The notes beneath the pieces are model-generated. The model saw only the letters and a program-made list of their open reading frames with translations. It did not search any database and was not told where the DNA came from. A program made the position numbers and the translations under genes. This document shows, one piece after another, positions 17,776 through 25,985 of a DNA stretch of 64,000 bases (position 1 is its first letter; every line of letters begins with the position of its first letter). Origin of the DNA: a virus; the IMG/VR virus record IMGVR_UViG_3300048586_000179, positions 5,146 to 69,145 of that record. The stretch is one strand, 5' to 3'.

Positions 17776-17990
17776 TATGGGGACCACGGATTATTCCGGC
17801 GGCCCGACTTCTCCCGGGCCAGGTCAATGATCCACTCGGACACCCACCCCTCGTCCAGCTGCATCTGCTCGTAGACCATCAAACCCACGATGTAGTCCTG
17901 CTGGAACTGCGTCAGCCCAAGGCCAGGCAGCGCCTGCCTGACCGTCTCCAACGCCTCCTCGAGCGTGGGGATCAGCGCATCACTCGCCAC
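17775..17990 (-). CDS. hypothetical protein
   Basis: GTG start overlapping upstream gene; TAG stop lies within the first array motif. Confidence 0.5.
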   Translation of the reverse strand: MASDALIPTLEEALETVRQALPGLGLTQFQQDYIVGLMVYEQMQLDEGWVSEWIIDLAREKSGRRNNPWSP

Positions 17991-18135
17991 GATCCGGTTC
18001 CCACAGGCGACCCGTGAAATCCCGGTCGCCCAGCTGCATGCGCGTCCCGTCCGCACCCAGCCCCATCTCCTCGAGGAATTCCTCCTCATCATCCTGGAAA
18101 TCGTCGTCCTCCAGGTCGTCATCCTTGGGTGGCAT
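17980..18135 (-). CDS. small very acidic protein
   Basis: MPPKDDDLEDDDFQDDEEEFLEE; GGAGA RBS. Confidence 0.6.
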   Translation of the reverse strand: MPPKDDDLEDDDFQDDEEEFLEEMGLGADGTRMQLGDRDFTGRLWEPDRGE

Positions 18136-18308
18136 GGTGGTTCTCCTTGACAAGGTTTCCGCTCGACCCCCTCGACAAGCGAAACGCGGCGAAGCATAGT
18201 GCCCTTGCGCCCTGTCGAGGGGGCGCAAGGGTAGTCTAGCAATCATGGAGAGTTGGATGCAAGGACCGGGAAGTCCCTTGACCAAGATGCTGTGCATGGC
18301 ACCAGATC

Positions 18309-19241
18309 ATGCCTCAAGATAGCGGCGCAGCATCACAGACGCAAGACACTATTGTCAATGTTGCCTTGCGATTGGCTGATAACGGGGTGCCTGTCTTCCC
18401 CGTCAGCACGAAGAAGACACCCGTCTGGGAGAAAGGCGAAAGCCCGAACGGAAGGGACGGGCTGCATGCGGCGACGACCGATCCCGACGAGGTCGAAGCC
18501 CTCTTTGCCCACCCCCGCACCGCAGGGATCGGCATGCCCACCGGCAAGATCAGTCGGGTCACCGTCATCGATGTGGACTGCGGACGTGGCAAGCCCCACC
18601 GGGATGCCGCGATGGAATGGCTCGATGGCGCGCGCAAGAGCGCGCTCTGGGGCGCGACCGTGGTCCGGACAGGGTCGGGTGGCCTCCATTACTACATGCG
18701 CTACAGGGAGGGCCTGAAGACCGGGGCCAATGTCTGGGCGATGGGGGTCGATTGCCGCAATGATGGGGGCTACGTGGTCGTGCCGCCCTTCATGGGGTAT
18801 CGGTACGAGCGCCAGACGGACCCCGATGACTGGCCCGCAGTGCCTGAGCCGCCGGCCTCCCGCGTCAAGCGCACGATCGTCGACCAGAAGGATGGCCGCT
18901 GCCCACCCGAGATCATGGCCATGCGCGACCTGATCGAGGGCAAGGTCACATGGCACGACCCGGTGCGGGACATCATCGCGCACCTGGTGGGGTCAGGGTG
19001 GTCGGATGCCGAGATCCTGCGCTTCACCTTCCAGTGGACCTGGCCGGGCTACAACCCGGCTGAGACCTTCGAGCAGATCTGCGTCATGCTGAATGGCGCG
19101 CGGGAGAAGTGGACCAAGAGCCAGAAGCCCGAAACCCTGACCGACCTGCGTCTCGACAGGTTCGTGATGCTCTGGGATCGGTGCAGCACCGCCGAAAAAT
19201 TGGAAATCATCAAGATGATCAAAGAGGTAGCACCCGAATGA
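18309..19241 (+). CDS. bifunctional primase/polymerase (Prim-Pol, AEP)
   Basis: VFPV..KKTP, VIDVD, VRTGSGGLHYY, DCRNDGGYVVVPP. Confidence 0.9.
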   Translation: MPQDSGAASQTQDTIVNVALRLADNGVPVFPVSTKKTPVWEKGESPNGRDGLHAATTDPDEVEALFAHPRTAGIGMPTGKISRVTVIDVDCGRGKPHRDAAMEWLDGARKSALWGATVVRTGSGGLHYYMRYREGLKTGANVWAMGVDCRNDGGYVVVPPFMGYRYERQTDPDDWPAVPEPPASRVKRTIVDQKDGRCPPEIMAMRDLIEGKVTWHDPVRDIIAHLVGSGWSDAEILRFTFQWTWPGYNPAETFEQICVMLNGAREKWTKSQKPETLTDLRLDRFVMLWDRCSTAEKLEIIKMIKEVAPE

Positions 19242-20815
19242 CGGACGAGATCACACCGCCCGCAACCCCCGTCCGTCGTCTTTCCCGCGTGATGATCCCC
19301 CCGGAAGAACAAGCCCGGCTCCTTGCCGAGCAGGCGGAGGACGCCGGGACCGATCCACTTCAGACCCGCATGGGGTGGAGCTTCGCGCAGAACTACCACG
19401 AGCGCTTTTGCTTCGATCATGGGCTTGAGCAATGGATGGTCTGGAACGGTAGTATCTGGACCGTCGACACCTCCGGCCTTCCCCTCTACGAGATGATGCA
19501 GTTCGGGGATCGGCTGATCCGTGTTCACCCCACAGCGCGACGGCAACTGAGCAGCGTGGGCTTCTGCCGTGGCGCTCTGGAAGCGGCAGCCCACGACAGA
19601 CGCATGGCGCGGGCGCATGACGAGTTCGACAATGCCCCGAGCATCATCGCCACTCCCAAGGGTTACATCGACCTGGAGACTGGTGAGGTGAGGCAGCCAG
19701 ATCGATCCCTGAATATCACCAGGTCGACAGCGATCAGTCCGGAGCCGGGGCCATGCCCGATGTGGATGAACTTCCTCGCAGCCGTCCATAAGGGGCAGGA
19801 AGAGATCATCGACTGGCTGCAGAAGCTCTGCGGCGAGGCCCTGCTCGGCCGGCAGACCGACCACCACTTCGTGTTCTTCTACGGCGATGGCGGCAATGGC
19901 AAGTCGCAGTTCCTCGAAACCCTGTCAGGCATCATGGGAGACTACGCCGCGCAGGCTCAGGCCGGCACGTTTACCCAGCCAGAGGGGCGTAGCTTCGGAG
20001 GGCAGCATGAGCACGTCCTGGCCATGCTGGAAGGCGCCCGGCTGGTGCTGGTGTCCGAGCCGGGGGATGGCGAACAGTGGAACATGGGGCGGGTGAAGCA
20101 ATGGACCGGCGGCGGCATGATCACCGCCGACCTCAAGTACAAGGCGGCCCAGACCTTCAGGCCCGCAGGACTGCTCGTGCTGGAGAGCAACAAGGCCCTC
20201 AAGGTCGAGGTGGTCAACAATGCGGTGGCAAGGCGGCTGCGCTACGTGGTCTGGCCGCACAAGTTTGCCGGCACCGGATACGAGCACCTGAAGATCGATG
20301 ACCTCGCCCTGAAGATGCTGGCCGAGGAAGGGCCGCAGATCTTCTCCTGGATGATCGAAGGTGCACAGAGGGTCTTGCGAGAGGGCCTGCGAACCACCCC
20401 CGAGATCGAAAGGACCAGCGCCAGCTACCTCAAGGAACAGGATGTCGATCAGCGCTTCATCGAGGATTGCCTCGAAGTCGATGAACACGTCCAGCCCGGC
20501 GTCGATCTGCAGGATGCTGTCACCGTCTACAACGAATGGGCACGGAACACGGAAGCCCCGGCGCGCAAGAACATCGGAACCCGGCTGGTCAGCAAGGGAC
20601 TGGAAGTCTCCAAGAGCCACCCCCGACGCTACATCCGCAAGCACAGCCTGTCAGCGAATGGCATGGCCTACATGAGCGCCGCCCTCATGCGGAGGATCAG
20701 GAGCAAGGAACTGACGAAGGCCGACGCTGAGCGTTGGCGCAAGACCCTGCTCGAATGGGACCTGAAGGGGGATGATGGAGCCTACGTGAATGATCTACTT
20801 GGGGTTGTTAGTTAA
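19238..20815 (+). CDS. D5/P4-family SF3 primase-associated helicase
   Basis: D5-N region, FFYGDGGNGKS Walker A, VKQWTGGG, ARRL. Confidence 0.9.
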   Translation: MTDEITPPATPVRRLSRVMIPPEEQARLLAEQAEDAGTDPLQTRMGWSFAQNYHERFCFDHGLEQWMVWNGSIWTVDTSGLPLYEMMQFGDRLIRVHPTARRQLSSVGFCRGALEAAAHDRRMARAHDEFDNAPSIIATPKGYIDLETGEVRQPDRSLNITRSTAISPEPGPCPMWMNFLAAVHKGQEEIIDWLQKLCGEALLGRQTDHHFVFFYGDGGNGKSQFLETLSGIMGDYAAQAQAGTFTQPEGRSFGGQHEHVLAMLEGARLVLVSEPGDGEQWNMGRVKQWTGGGMITADLKYKAAQTFRPAGLLVLESNKALKVEVVNNAVARRLRYVVWPHKFAGTGYEHLKIDDLALKMLAEEGPQIFSWMIEGAQRVLREGLRTTPEIERTSASYLKEQDVDQRFIEDCLEVDEHVQPGVDLQDAVTVYNEWARNTEAPARKNIGTRLVSKGLEVSKSHPRRYIRKHSLSANGMAYMSAALMRRIRSKELTKADAERWRKTLLEWDLKGDDGAYVNDLLGVVS

Positions 20816-20861
20816 GACGGTGAAGGGGTCAGTATCAACCGGTGGTTGCCTTTCAGAAGAA

Positions 20862-20967
20862 GAAGTCCCAAAATTTTGGGACTTCACCTATAAGTTCGCT
20901 CCACGCGCGCTTGCGCGCCCGCGCGGGATAGGGCAAAGTTATGTGGCAAGTCCCAAAATTTTGGGAC
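20862..20967. repeat. two perfect palindromes GTCCCAAAATTTTGGGAC (putative origin)
   Basis: 24-bp palindrome 20862-20885 and 18-bp copy 20950-20967 just after the helicase gene. Confidence 0.75.
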
Positions 20968-20983
20968 CCGAAAACGAGGGAGC

Positions 20984-21253
20984 ATGACCATGATGAAGCT
21001 GTTCAAGGACGACGCCGACATTGCCGACATCGACAAAGCCATCGAAACCATGAAGGAGGTCGAGCGGCTGCTGACCTCGATCATCGTGCGAGGTGATGAC
21101 TGGATGAAGGCCGTGCCCGTGCGAGCGTCTACCGCCGACAGGCTGAACGCGCACAAGAACCGCATCCTGAAGATGAGGATGGACATGCAGGAAGATGGCT
21201 TCCAGGTCCGGAGGGCGCGTCGCCTGCCACCTCCGCCGGACGGCTACAGCTGA
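20984..21253 (+). CDS. hypothetical protein
   Basis: 89 aa, GAGGGAG RBS. Confidence 0.65.
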   Translation: MTMMKLFKDDADIADIDKAIETMKEVERLLTSIIVRGDDWMKAVPVRASTADRLNAHKNRILKMRMDMQEDGFQVRRARRLPPPPDGYS

Positions 21254-21297
21254 CCGCGAAAAAAGGAGCGCCCGCATGATGCGGACGCCCTAGACCA

Positions 21298-21474
21298 TCA
21301 GTTCGTTTCGCGCTTATAGCGTTTGAACCAGTTCACCGAGGTCCGCTGCAGGGTCAGCTTCCTGCCCACATACATGGACAATCCAATGAGCCCCGCGAGT
21401 GCGGTGACGGTGATCACGGTCGGCGCGCTGATTGTCAGCGATGCGTTGGTGATGGCGGCAAGCGTGTGTTCCAT
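21298..21474 (-). CDS. small membrane protein (leftward cassette)
   Basis: 58 aa with TM helix; motif at 21517 upstream, hairpin+U-tract downstream. Confidence 0.65.
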   Translation of the reverse strand: MEHTLAAITNASLTISAPTVITVTALAGLIGLSMYVGRKLTLQRTSVNWFKRYKRETN

Positions 21475-21516
21475 AGGGAACGCTCCTCTTTTGTCGAAAG
21501 CAGGATTGCTTCCTAT

Positions 21517-21644
21517 GGGGACCACGCAACCCATTGAAAAAGCTAATGATTGGTAAAACATATTCGTGGCCGCAGCGCGGCGCAGCCGCGCGCCGCCTCA
21601 TCAGCTTGCGTGATTAGTGTAAACTGTCGCGGCATGTGGTCCCC
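21517..21644. promoter_or_regulatory. divergent pair of the cassette promoter motif with operator copy 2
   Basis: Leftward core 21517-21525, rightward GTGGTCCCC 21636-21644, 24-bp element 21603-21626 between. Confidence 0.8.
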
Positions 21645-21673
21645 ATAGGAAACAACACCTTAGGAGACTGAAC

Positions 21674-21802
21674 ATGAAAGACCTTCTGATCGAATGCATT
21701 TCCGACACGATGACCCTCGCGATCATCGGTGGCATCTACATCGCGTCCGCAGCCGGACCGTGTGGAACCATCGATCGGTGGCTGGGCTTCTGCGGGATCT
21801 GA
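21674..21802 (+). CDS. small membrane peptide (rightward cassette)
   Basis: 42 aa MKDLLIECISDTMTLAIIGGIYIA..., AGGAGA RBS; below ORF-track cutoff. Confidence 0.65.
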   Translation: MKDLLIECISDTMTLAIIGGIYIASAAGPCGTIDRWLGFCGI

Positions 21803-21840
21803 ACATCAGCACCTTCATCGAACCCTACCGTTCGACCAAG

Positions 21841-21870
21841 GCCACCGCCCGCAAGGGTGGTGGCTTTTTT
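21841..21870 (+). terminator. intrinsic terminator
   Basis: GCCACCGCCC-GCAA-GGGTGGTGGC-TTTTTT. Confidence 0.85.
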
Positions 21871-21939
21871 CGCAGGCCATTGCTATCGTGGCTGTGCACA
21901 GCTGAGAACGCACTCCACTGCGAACCGAAAGGAACTCCC

Positions 21940-22104
21940 ATGGCCAAGAGCACGTCCCGCATGCCCGGCAAGCCTGTCCAGGCGCTGAGCCGTTCGCGCC
22001 TGCCGAAGTCGGCGCCTTCGCTGCCGATGAAGGGCACGCTGCCGGCGAACAAGCCCAACCGCAACCTGAGCCCGGCCAAGCCCAAGGCCAACACGCCGAG
22101 ATGA
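21940..22104 (+). CDS. small basic protein
   Basis: 54 aa K/R/P-rich, AAGGA RBS. Confidence 0.6.
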   Translation: MAKSTSRMPGKPVQALSRSRLPKSAPSLPMKGTLPANKPNRNLSPAKPKANTPR

Positions 22105-22277
22105 GCGCGATTTCGCGTCCAGCTGCTGCCTTCGGCCTCCGCATGGGCGTGACGCCCAAGGTCGGCAAGCAAATGAAGGCTGGCAAGTCCAGCCATGCGG
22201 GGGCTGGTCGCACCGTGGTGAAGGCGGGGCCTGCGGGGGCGGGCCGCGACTGCGTCAAGCCGAAGGGTGGCAAGTGA
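22101..22277 (+). CDS. small basic protein
   Basis: 58 aa K/G-rich, ATGA and GTGA overlaps on both sides. Confidence 0.55.
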   Translation: MSAISRPAAAFGLRMGVTPKVGKQMKAGKSSHAGAGRTVVKAGPAGAGRDCVKPKGGK

Positions 22278-22678
22278 ACGAAGCGTTCTTCTGGGGTCTG
22301 ATCCGTCATCGCATGCCGCCTGGGTGGTTCACCCGGCGGATCGAGGACGCGAGCGGCAACCTCGGGACCTTCGACACGTTCCTCGCGCATCGCGACTGGG
22401 GTCAGGCATGGCTTGAGCTCAAGGTCGCGGGGCCCGATGCCAAGCCCGAGCTTCGGAAGGGGCAGCCCGCCTTTGGTCGCGGGCTTTACGATGCGGGTGT
22501 GCCGGCCGGATACCTGGTTGGCAGCCCGAACGGCAAGGTGAGGCTGCTCGGGCCGCTGACCCTCGGGGATGACTGGCGCGACCACCTGGTCGAGGACTGG
22601 CGCTACCTCGATGTGCCTGCAGTCTTGACCGCGCTCTTTCGCCCGAGGAATGTCGTTCCACTTCGCAAGCTGGGGTGA
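22274..22678 (+). CDS. VRR-NUC/Holliday-junction resolvase-like PD-(D/E)XK nuclease
   Basis: RIE...GTFD...WLELK. Confidence 0.7.
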   Translation: MNEAFFWGLIRHRMPPGWFTRRIEDASGNLGTFDTFLAHRDWGQAWLELKVAGPDAKPELRKGQPAFGRGLYDAGVPAGYLVGSPNGKVRLLGPLTLGDDWRDHLVEDWRYLDVPAVLTALFRPRNVVPLRKLG

Positions 22679-22683
22679 GACAG

Positions 22684-23250
22684 ATGGCCAATGCCAAGCC
22701 AGCGAAATCATGGAGTGGGCCGGACGGCCCCAACCCTCCACCCAAGAGCCCTGGTCGCCCGCGTGGTCGGACGGACGTACCGGGCAAGACGATGCGGGTG
22801 AACAAGAAGCTCGACGAGATGCTGGGCCAGGCGCACAAGAACGTGGCCAAGGCGCTGCAGAAGGGTGACGTGCCCACGAGCCGGTGGATCATCGAGCACC
22901 TGCGTGACGAGGATGGCAAGAGGATCCCGAAGGGCGTCCTGGCTCCGCTTGTCCAGGCTCTCGACACGCTCGAGGATGTGGCGCAGGTCTCCAAGCGCGT
23001 GCTGCTGTTGGCGATCGAGGGTGACATGACCTTCGACCAGCTGAAGTTCGTCCAGGAGGCGCTGGCCCGACACTCTGTGCTGGCTGGCGTGGTCGAGTTG
23101 CGCAAGCTGCGCGACGAGGTGGAGGCGATGGCGCGCGCTAACGACCTCAAGCCTTCGGTGCTTGGCCGCGATCACCTTCCGTCCTGGGGTCGGCTTGCCA
23201 AGGACGTGACGCCCACGCATGATGCGGCCCAGAAGCTCCCAGCGGAGTAG
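22684..23250 (+). CDS. putative terminase small subunit
   Basis: N-terminal PGRPRG then helical domain (ALQKGD). Confidence 0.55.
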   Translation: MANAKPAKSWSGPDGPNPPPKSPGRPRGRTDVPGKTMRVNKKLDEMLGQAHKNVAKALQKGDVPTSRWIIEHLRDEDGKRIPKGVLAPLVQALDTLEDVAQVSKRVLLLAIEGDMTFDQLKFVQEALARHSVLAGVVELRKLRDEVEAMARANDLKPSVLGRDHLPSWGRLAKDVTPTHDAAQKLPAE

Positions 23251-23255
23251 GTCGG

Positions 23256-24815
23256 ATGAAGATCGCTTGCCCGCCCGGGTATCGCACCGACATGCCACCG
23301 GTCGCGCCTGAGCCGTTCTGGTTCTACGGTGAGAATATCCGCTTCCGGATGGGTATTCCCGAGACCATCGGCCTGTTCACCAAGGCCTACAGCCTGCTAT
23401 CTGGCGAGATCATCGCCTTCCCCGGCATCGAGAGGACGGCAACGCTCTACGGCGACGCGAACTTCCTGGTGCTCGGTGCGAGTGACAGGCTTGAGGTCCT
23501 GCGCTGGGAGACGGGCGAGCGCGCCACGATCATGACCCCGGAGGTCGGCGACACGGGGCGCTGGTGGTTCGCCGCGACTGAGCAGGAGATCATCTGCGGT
23601 CGATCGAACCTCACAGGCAAGACCTATGCGGTCAAGCGCTCGGACCTCAGCACTGCTGTCCTGCCGAATGCGCCCACTGGCGGCATGGGTGGCGGGATCG
23701 TGGCCGGGATCCTGGTCAAGGCTGGCACCGTGGGCGTGGCGGGTGATGGTCCGCGCATGGTGGTGCGCTGGTCGGCGCGGCAGACGGACCCATCGTCGTC
23801 AGGCACGCCCGCTGGTCCGTTCGGCTTCGAGGACTGGACGCCCAGCGATGTGAACGCATCGGGTGAGTTCCTGCTCGACGAGGGCAGTGAGATCAGGGGT
23901 GGTGGGTCGACGCAGTTCGGCTTCATGGTGTGGACCGACACCCGGGCCATCCTCCTCGCGCCGCGCAACGACCTCTACGTCTTCACCAAGTCGACGATTT
24001 CCCTGCGCGGCCTCCTGACCTCGCACTCCTGGACCGAGAGCGATGGTCGGCTTTGGTGGTTCGATCAGACGCGGACGTTGAACTTCTTCGACGGCGGTGG
24101 TGCGCGTCAGGTTCTCAACCCGATGCGACATGTCTCGACCGAGATCATTCGCGACCAGGACATCAGCCTGTGCTTCATGTCCTCTGACGCGGAGAATGGG
24201 GAGGTCACCCTGCACTATCCGGACCGCAACGGCTTCTTCCGTGAGCTGGTCTACAACTACATGGAGGACGCCTGGTACGCCTTCGCGCTGAACCGCATCT
24301 CGATGACGGACGCGCATGGCGACCGTCCGACAGTCGGCATCGACGCCTCCGGGCAGGTCTACTTCTACGACATTCGTGAAGCACTGCTACCCCAGATCAC
24401 CGTGCCGATTGCGACCTTCTCATTGCCACCGCCTTCGTTGCCCGATCCACAGGCGGGCGGCCTTGGAGATCCAGAGCCCTTCTCGTTCTTCTTGATGACG
24501 AACTGGATCGCCCCACCCAACGCCGCCCTTGAGAGCCACCGGTCCCGCAACGTGGTGGTCTCGCACACCCTGTCCAACGTTCCCGATGTCCCGGCGACGG
24601 CTGACGAGCTGCAACTCACGGTGCAGAGCTATGGAAAGCTGGACCTCTACGAGACGCCCGAGGTCGACTTCGACAAGCGCCCGGTGGGCAAGATGCTGCG
24701 GGAGCTGAGGGCTGGCGGGAAGATGCTGCAGTTCATCCTGTCGGCCTCTAGCATTCGTACTCACCTGCGATTTGCACCCATGGATGTGGATGCTGACGGC
24801 TCCGGCAAGCGGTGA
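23256..24815 (+). CDS. tail tubular B/nozzle-like virion protein
   Basis: Beta-rich; VRWS...DWTP...SGEF.L..GSEI motif of podovirus tail proteins. Confidence 0.6.
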   Translation: MKIACPPGYRTDMPPVAPEPFWFYGENIRFRMGIPETIGLFTKAYSLLSGEIIAFPGIERTATLYGDANFLVLGASDRLEVLRWETGERATIMTPEVGDTGRWWFAATEQEIICGRSNLTGKTYAVKRSDLSTAVLPNAPTGGMGGGIVAGILVKAGTVGVAGDGPRMVVRWSARQTDPSSSGTPAGPFGFEDWTPSDVNASGEFLLDEGSEIRGGGSTQFGFMVWTDTRAILLAPRNDLYVFTKSTISLRGLLTSHSWTESDGRLWWFDQTRTLNFFDGGGARQVLNPMRHVSTEIIRDQDISLCFMSSDAENGEVTLHYPDRNGFFRELVYNYMEDAWYAFALNRISMTDAHGDRPTVGIDASGQVYFYDIREALLPQITVPIATFSLPPPSLPDPQAGGLGDPEPFSFFLMTNWIAPPNAALESHRSRNVVVSHTLSNVPDVPATADELQLTVQSYGKLDLYETPEVDFDKRPVGKMLRELRAGGKMLQFILSASSIRTHLRFAPMDVDADGSGKR

Positions 24816-24865
24816 TATGCTCGCCGCATCCCATGGCCAGACGGCCGAACCAAAAGGAGGGATAG

Positions 24866-25126
24866 ATGGCAACCAGAACGACGACCACGACCACGGCGCC
24901 CCCACCCGCCGAGACGCAAGAGGGGCTTCCGTCGACCGAGCCCACCACGACCGAAGGTGGTGATGCGCCAGTAGAGCCCGAGACCCCCGAGATCGAGCTT
25001 TCCGCCTACGACAAGGCGGTGGCATTCAAGCCTGATCCGTGGGATCAGCTGCCCGAGGATCCCGAGGTGAGAGCGATTTACCTGGGCATCAACGGCCACA
25101 TCAACTTCTTCAAGCGGAGGGCCTGA
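24866..25126 (+). CDS. hypothetical protein
   Basis: AGGAGG RBS, T/P/E-rich. Confidence 0.65.
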   Translation: MATRTTTTTTAPPPAETQEGLPSTEPTTTEGGDAPVEPETPEIELSAYDKAVAFKPDPWDQLPEDPEVRAIYLGINGHINFFKRRA

Positions 25127-25128
25127 TC

Positions 25129-25569
25129 ATGGCGCGCAACACTTTCCAAGGCCTGATGCGGACGACCTGCGGGCGTCCTGGCTCCGTCCCCGATGCGGCA
25201 GGCCTGCCGAAGAACATCGCTCGCATGACGCTGAAGGGCGTCATCCAGTGCCGGGCGGTCGACATCGGGGCCAATGACGTGGTGATCGGCATGCTGCCCG
25301 CACACTTCCTGGTCACCAACACCATCGGCATCATCGCCCCGTCGGGCGGCACGGTGGCGGTGGTGCTGCCCGCGTTCCGTGGCTTGCCCGAGGTCGTCCT
25401 TCAGGCTGCTGCTGCGGTTGTCCCGGGTGAGGTGACGGCCGTCACGCCTGCGGTCAGCTTCGGGCGTGACCGCCCGATCGCGCTGCGCGGTGTGGCCCTG
25501 ACCATGGGGCAAGCCAGTGTCGGCATCGAGGGCTTCCCGCTCGATGACGCTTCGGTCGCGGGGGACTGA
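25129..25569 (+). CDS. putative virion protein
   Basis: Beta-rich ORF in structural operon. Confidence 0.6.
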   Translation: MARNTFQGLMRTTCGRPGSVPDAAGLPKNIARMTLKGVIQCRAVDIGANDVVIGMLPAHFLVTNTIGIIAPSGGTVAVVLPAFRGLPEVVLQAAAAVVPGEVTAVTPAVSFGRDRPIALRGVALTMGQASVGIEGFPLDDASVAGD

Positions 25570-25985
25570 TGATCACCGTGGGGCAGGCAGCGGGGCTCAA
25601 CCGGGTGCAGGATATCCTGCAGTCACAGCCTGAGTACCTGCAGTGCCTGCCCGCGGACTATGAGCGCCGGGTGATCTATCCGGCGCTCATGACACGGAAG
25701 CTGCGCTTCCTGTGCGAGTTCAGGGCGTTCATGACCTGGTTCCGGCCGGCATATCCGCCTGATGGCATCCCTGATGGTCGCGAGTTCACCGAGGCTGGGC
25801 CGCTGGTCTGGATCCTCGATGTGGTCGCGATGCCCGGGGTTGATGCCATGCGGCTTGGCCGCGAGATCAGCGAGACGCTTTACCTGCATGCAGGGGTGGA
25901 GGATGGTGGCCGGGTGCTGTTCTGGCGCTGGCCGCGGGGCCGTGTCGGTCACATCTGCGCCCGCAAGCCACGGAGAATGTCATGA
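25569..25985 (+). CDS. HlyC-like (toxin-activating) lysine acyltransferase homologue
   Basis: VIYPALM, FMTW, AGPLVWILDVVAMPG resemble HlyC VLPAI/YCSW/SGDRKWFIDWIAPFG. Confidence 0.6.
   Translation: MITVGQAAGLNRVQDILQSQPEYLQCLPADYERRVIYPALMTRKLRFLCEFRAFMTWFRPAYPPDGIPDGREFTEAGPLVWILDVVAMPGVDAMRLGREISETLYLHAGVEDGGRVLFWRWPRGRVGHICARKPRRMS

Larger units (their letters stand above)
4655..17787 (-). repeat. array of 28 terminator+promoter cassette junctions (core + strand GGGGACC[C/A]C)
   Basis: Core starts at 4655, 5127, 5583, 6061, 6292, 6779, 7099, 7368, 9013, 9652 (AGGGACCCC variant), 10740, 11003, 12002, 12530, 13070, 13767, 14100, 14481, 14867, 15169, 15628, 16137, 16624, 16899, 17103, 17312, 17479, 17779; most lie between a GC hairpin+U-tract and an AGGAGA RBS. 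Confidence 0.95.

Noticed and set aside
4655-17787. Repeat array as CRISPR
   Set aside because: Intervals are about 170-1600 bp and contain whole genes; repeats are short and degenerate; no cas genes
4655-17787. Repeat junctions as integron attC sites
   Set aside because: No consistent RYYYAAC/GTTRRRY boxes, no integrase in the window, and hairpins have U-tracts typical of terminators
20862-20885. Protelomerase (telRL) site
   Set aside because: No protelomerase or partition genes in the window; palindrome is short and duplicated
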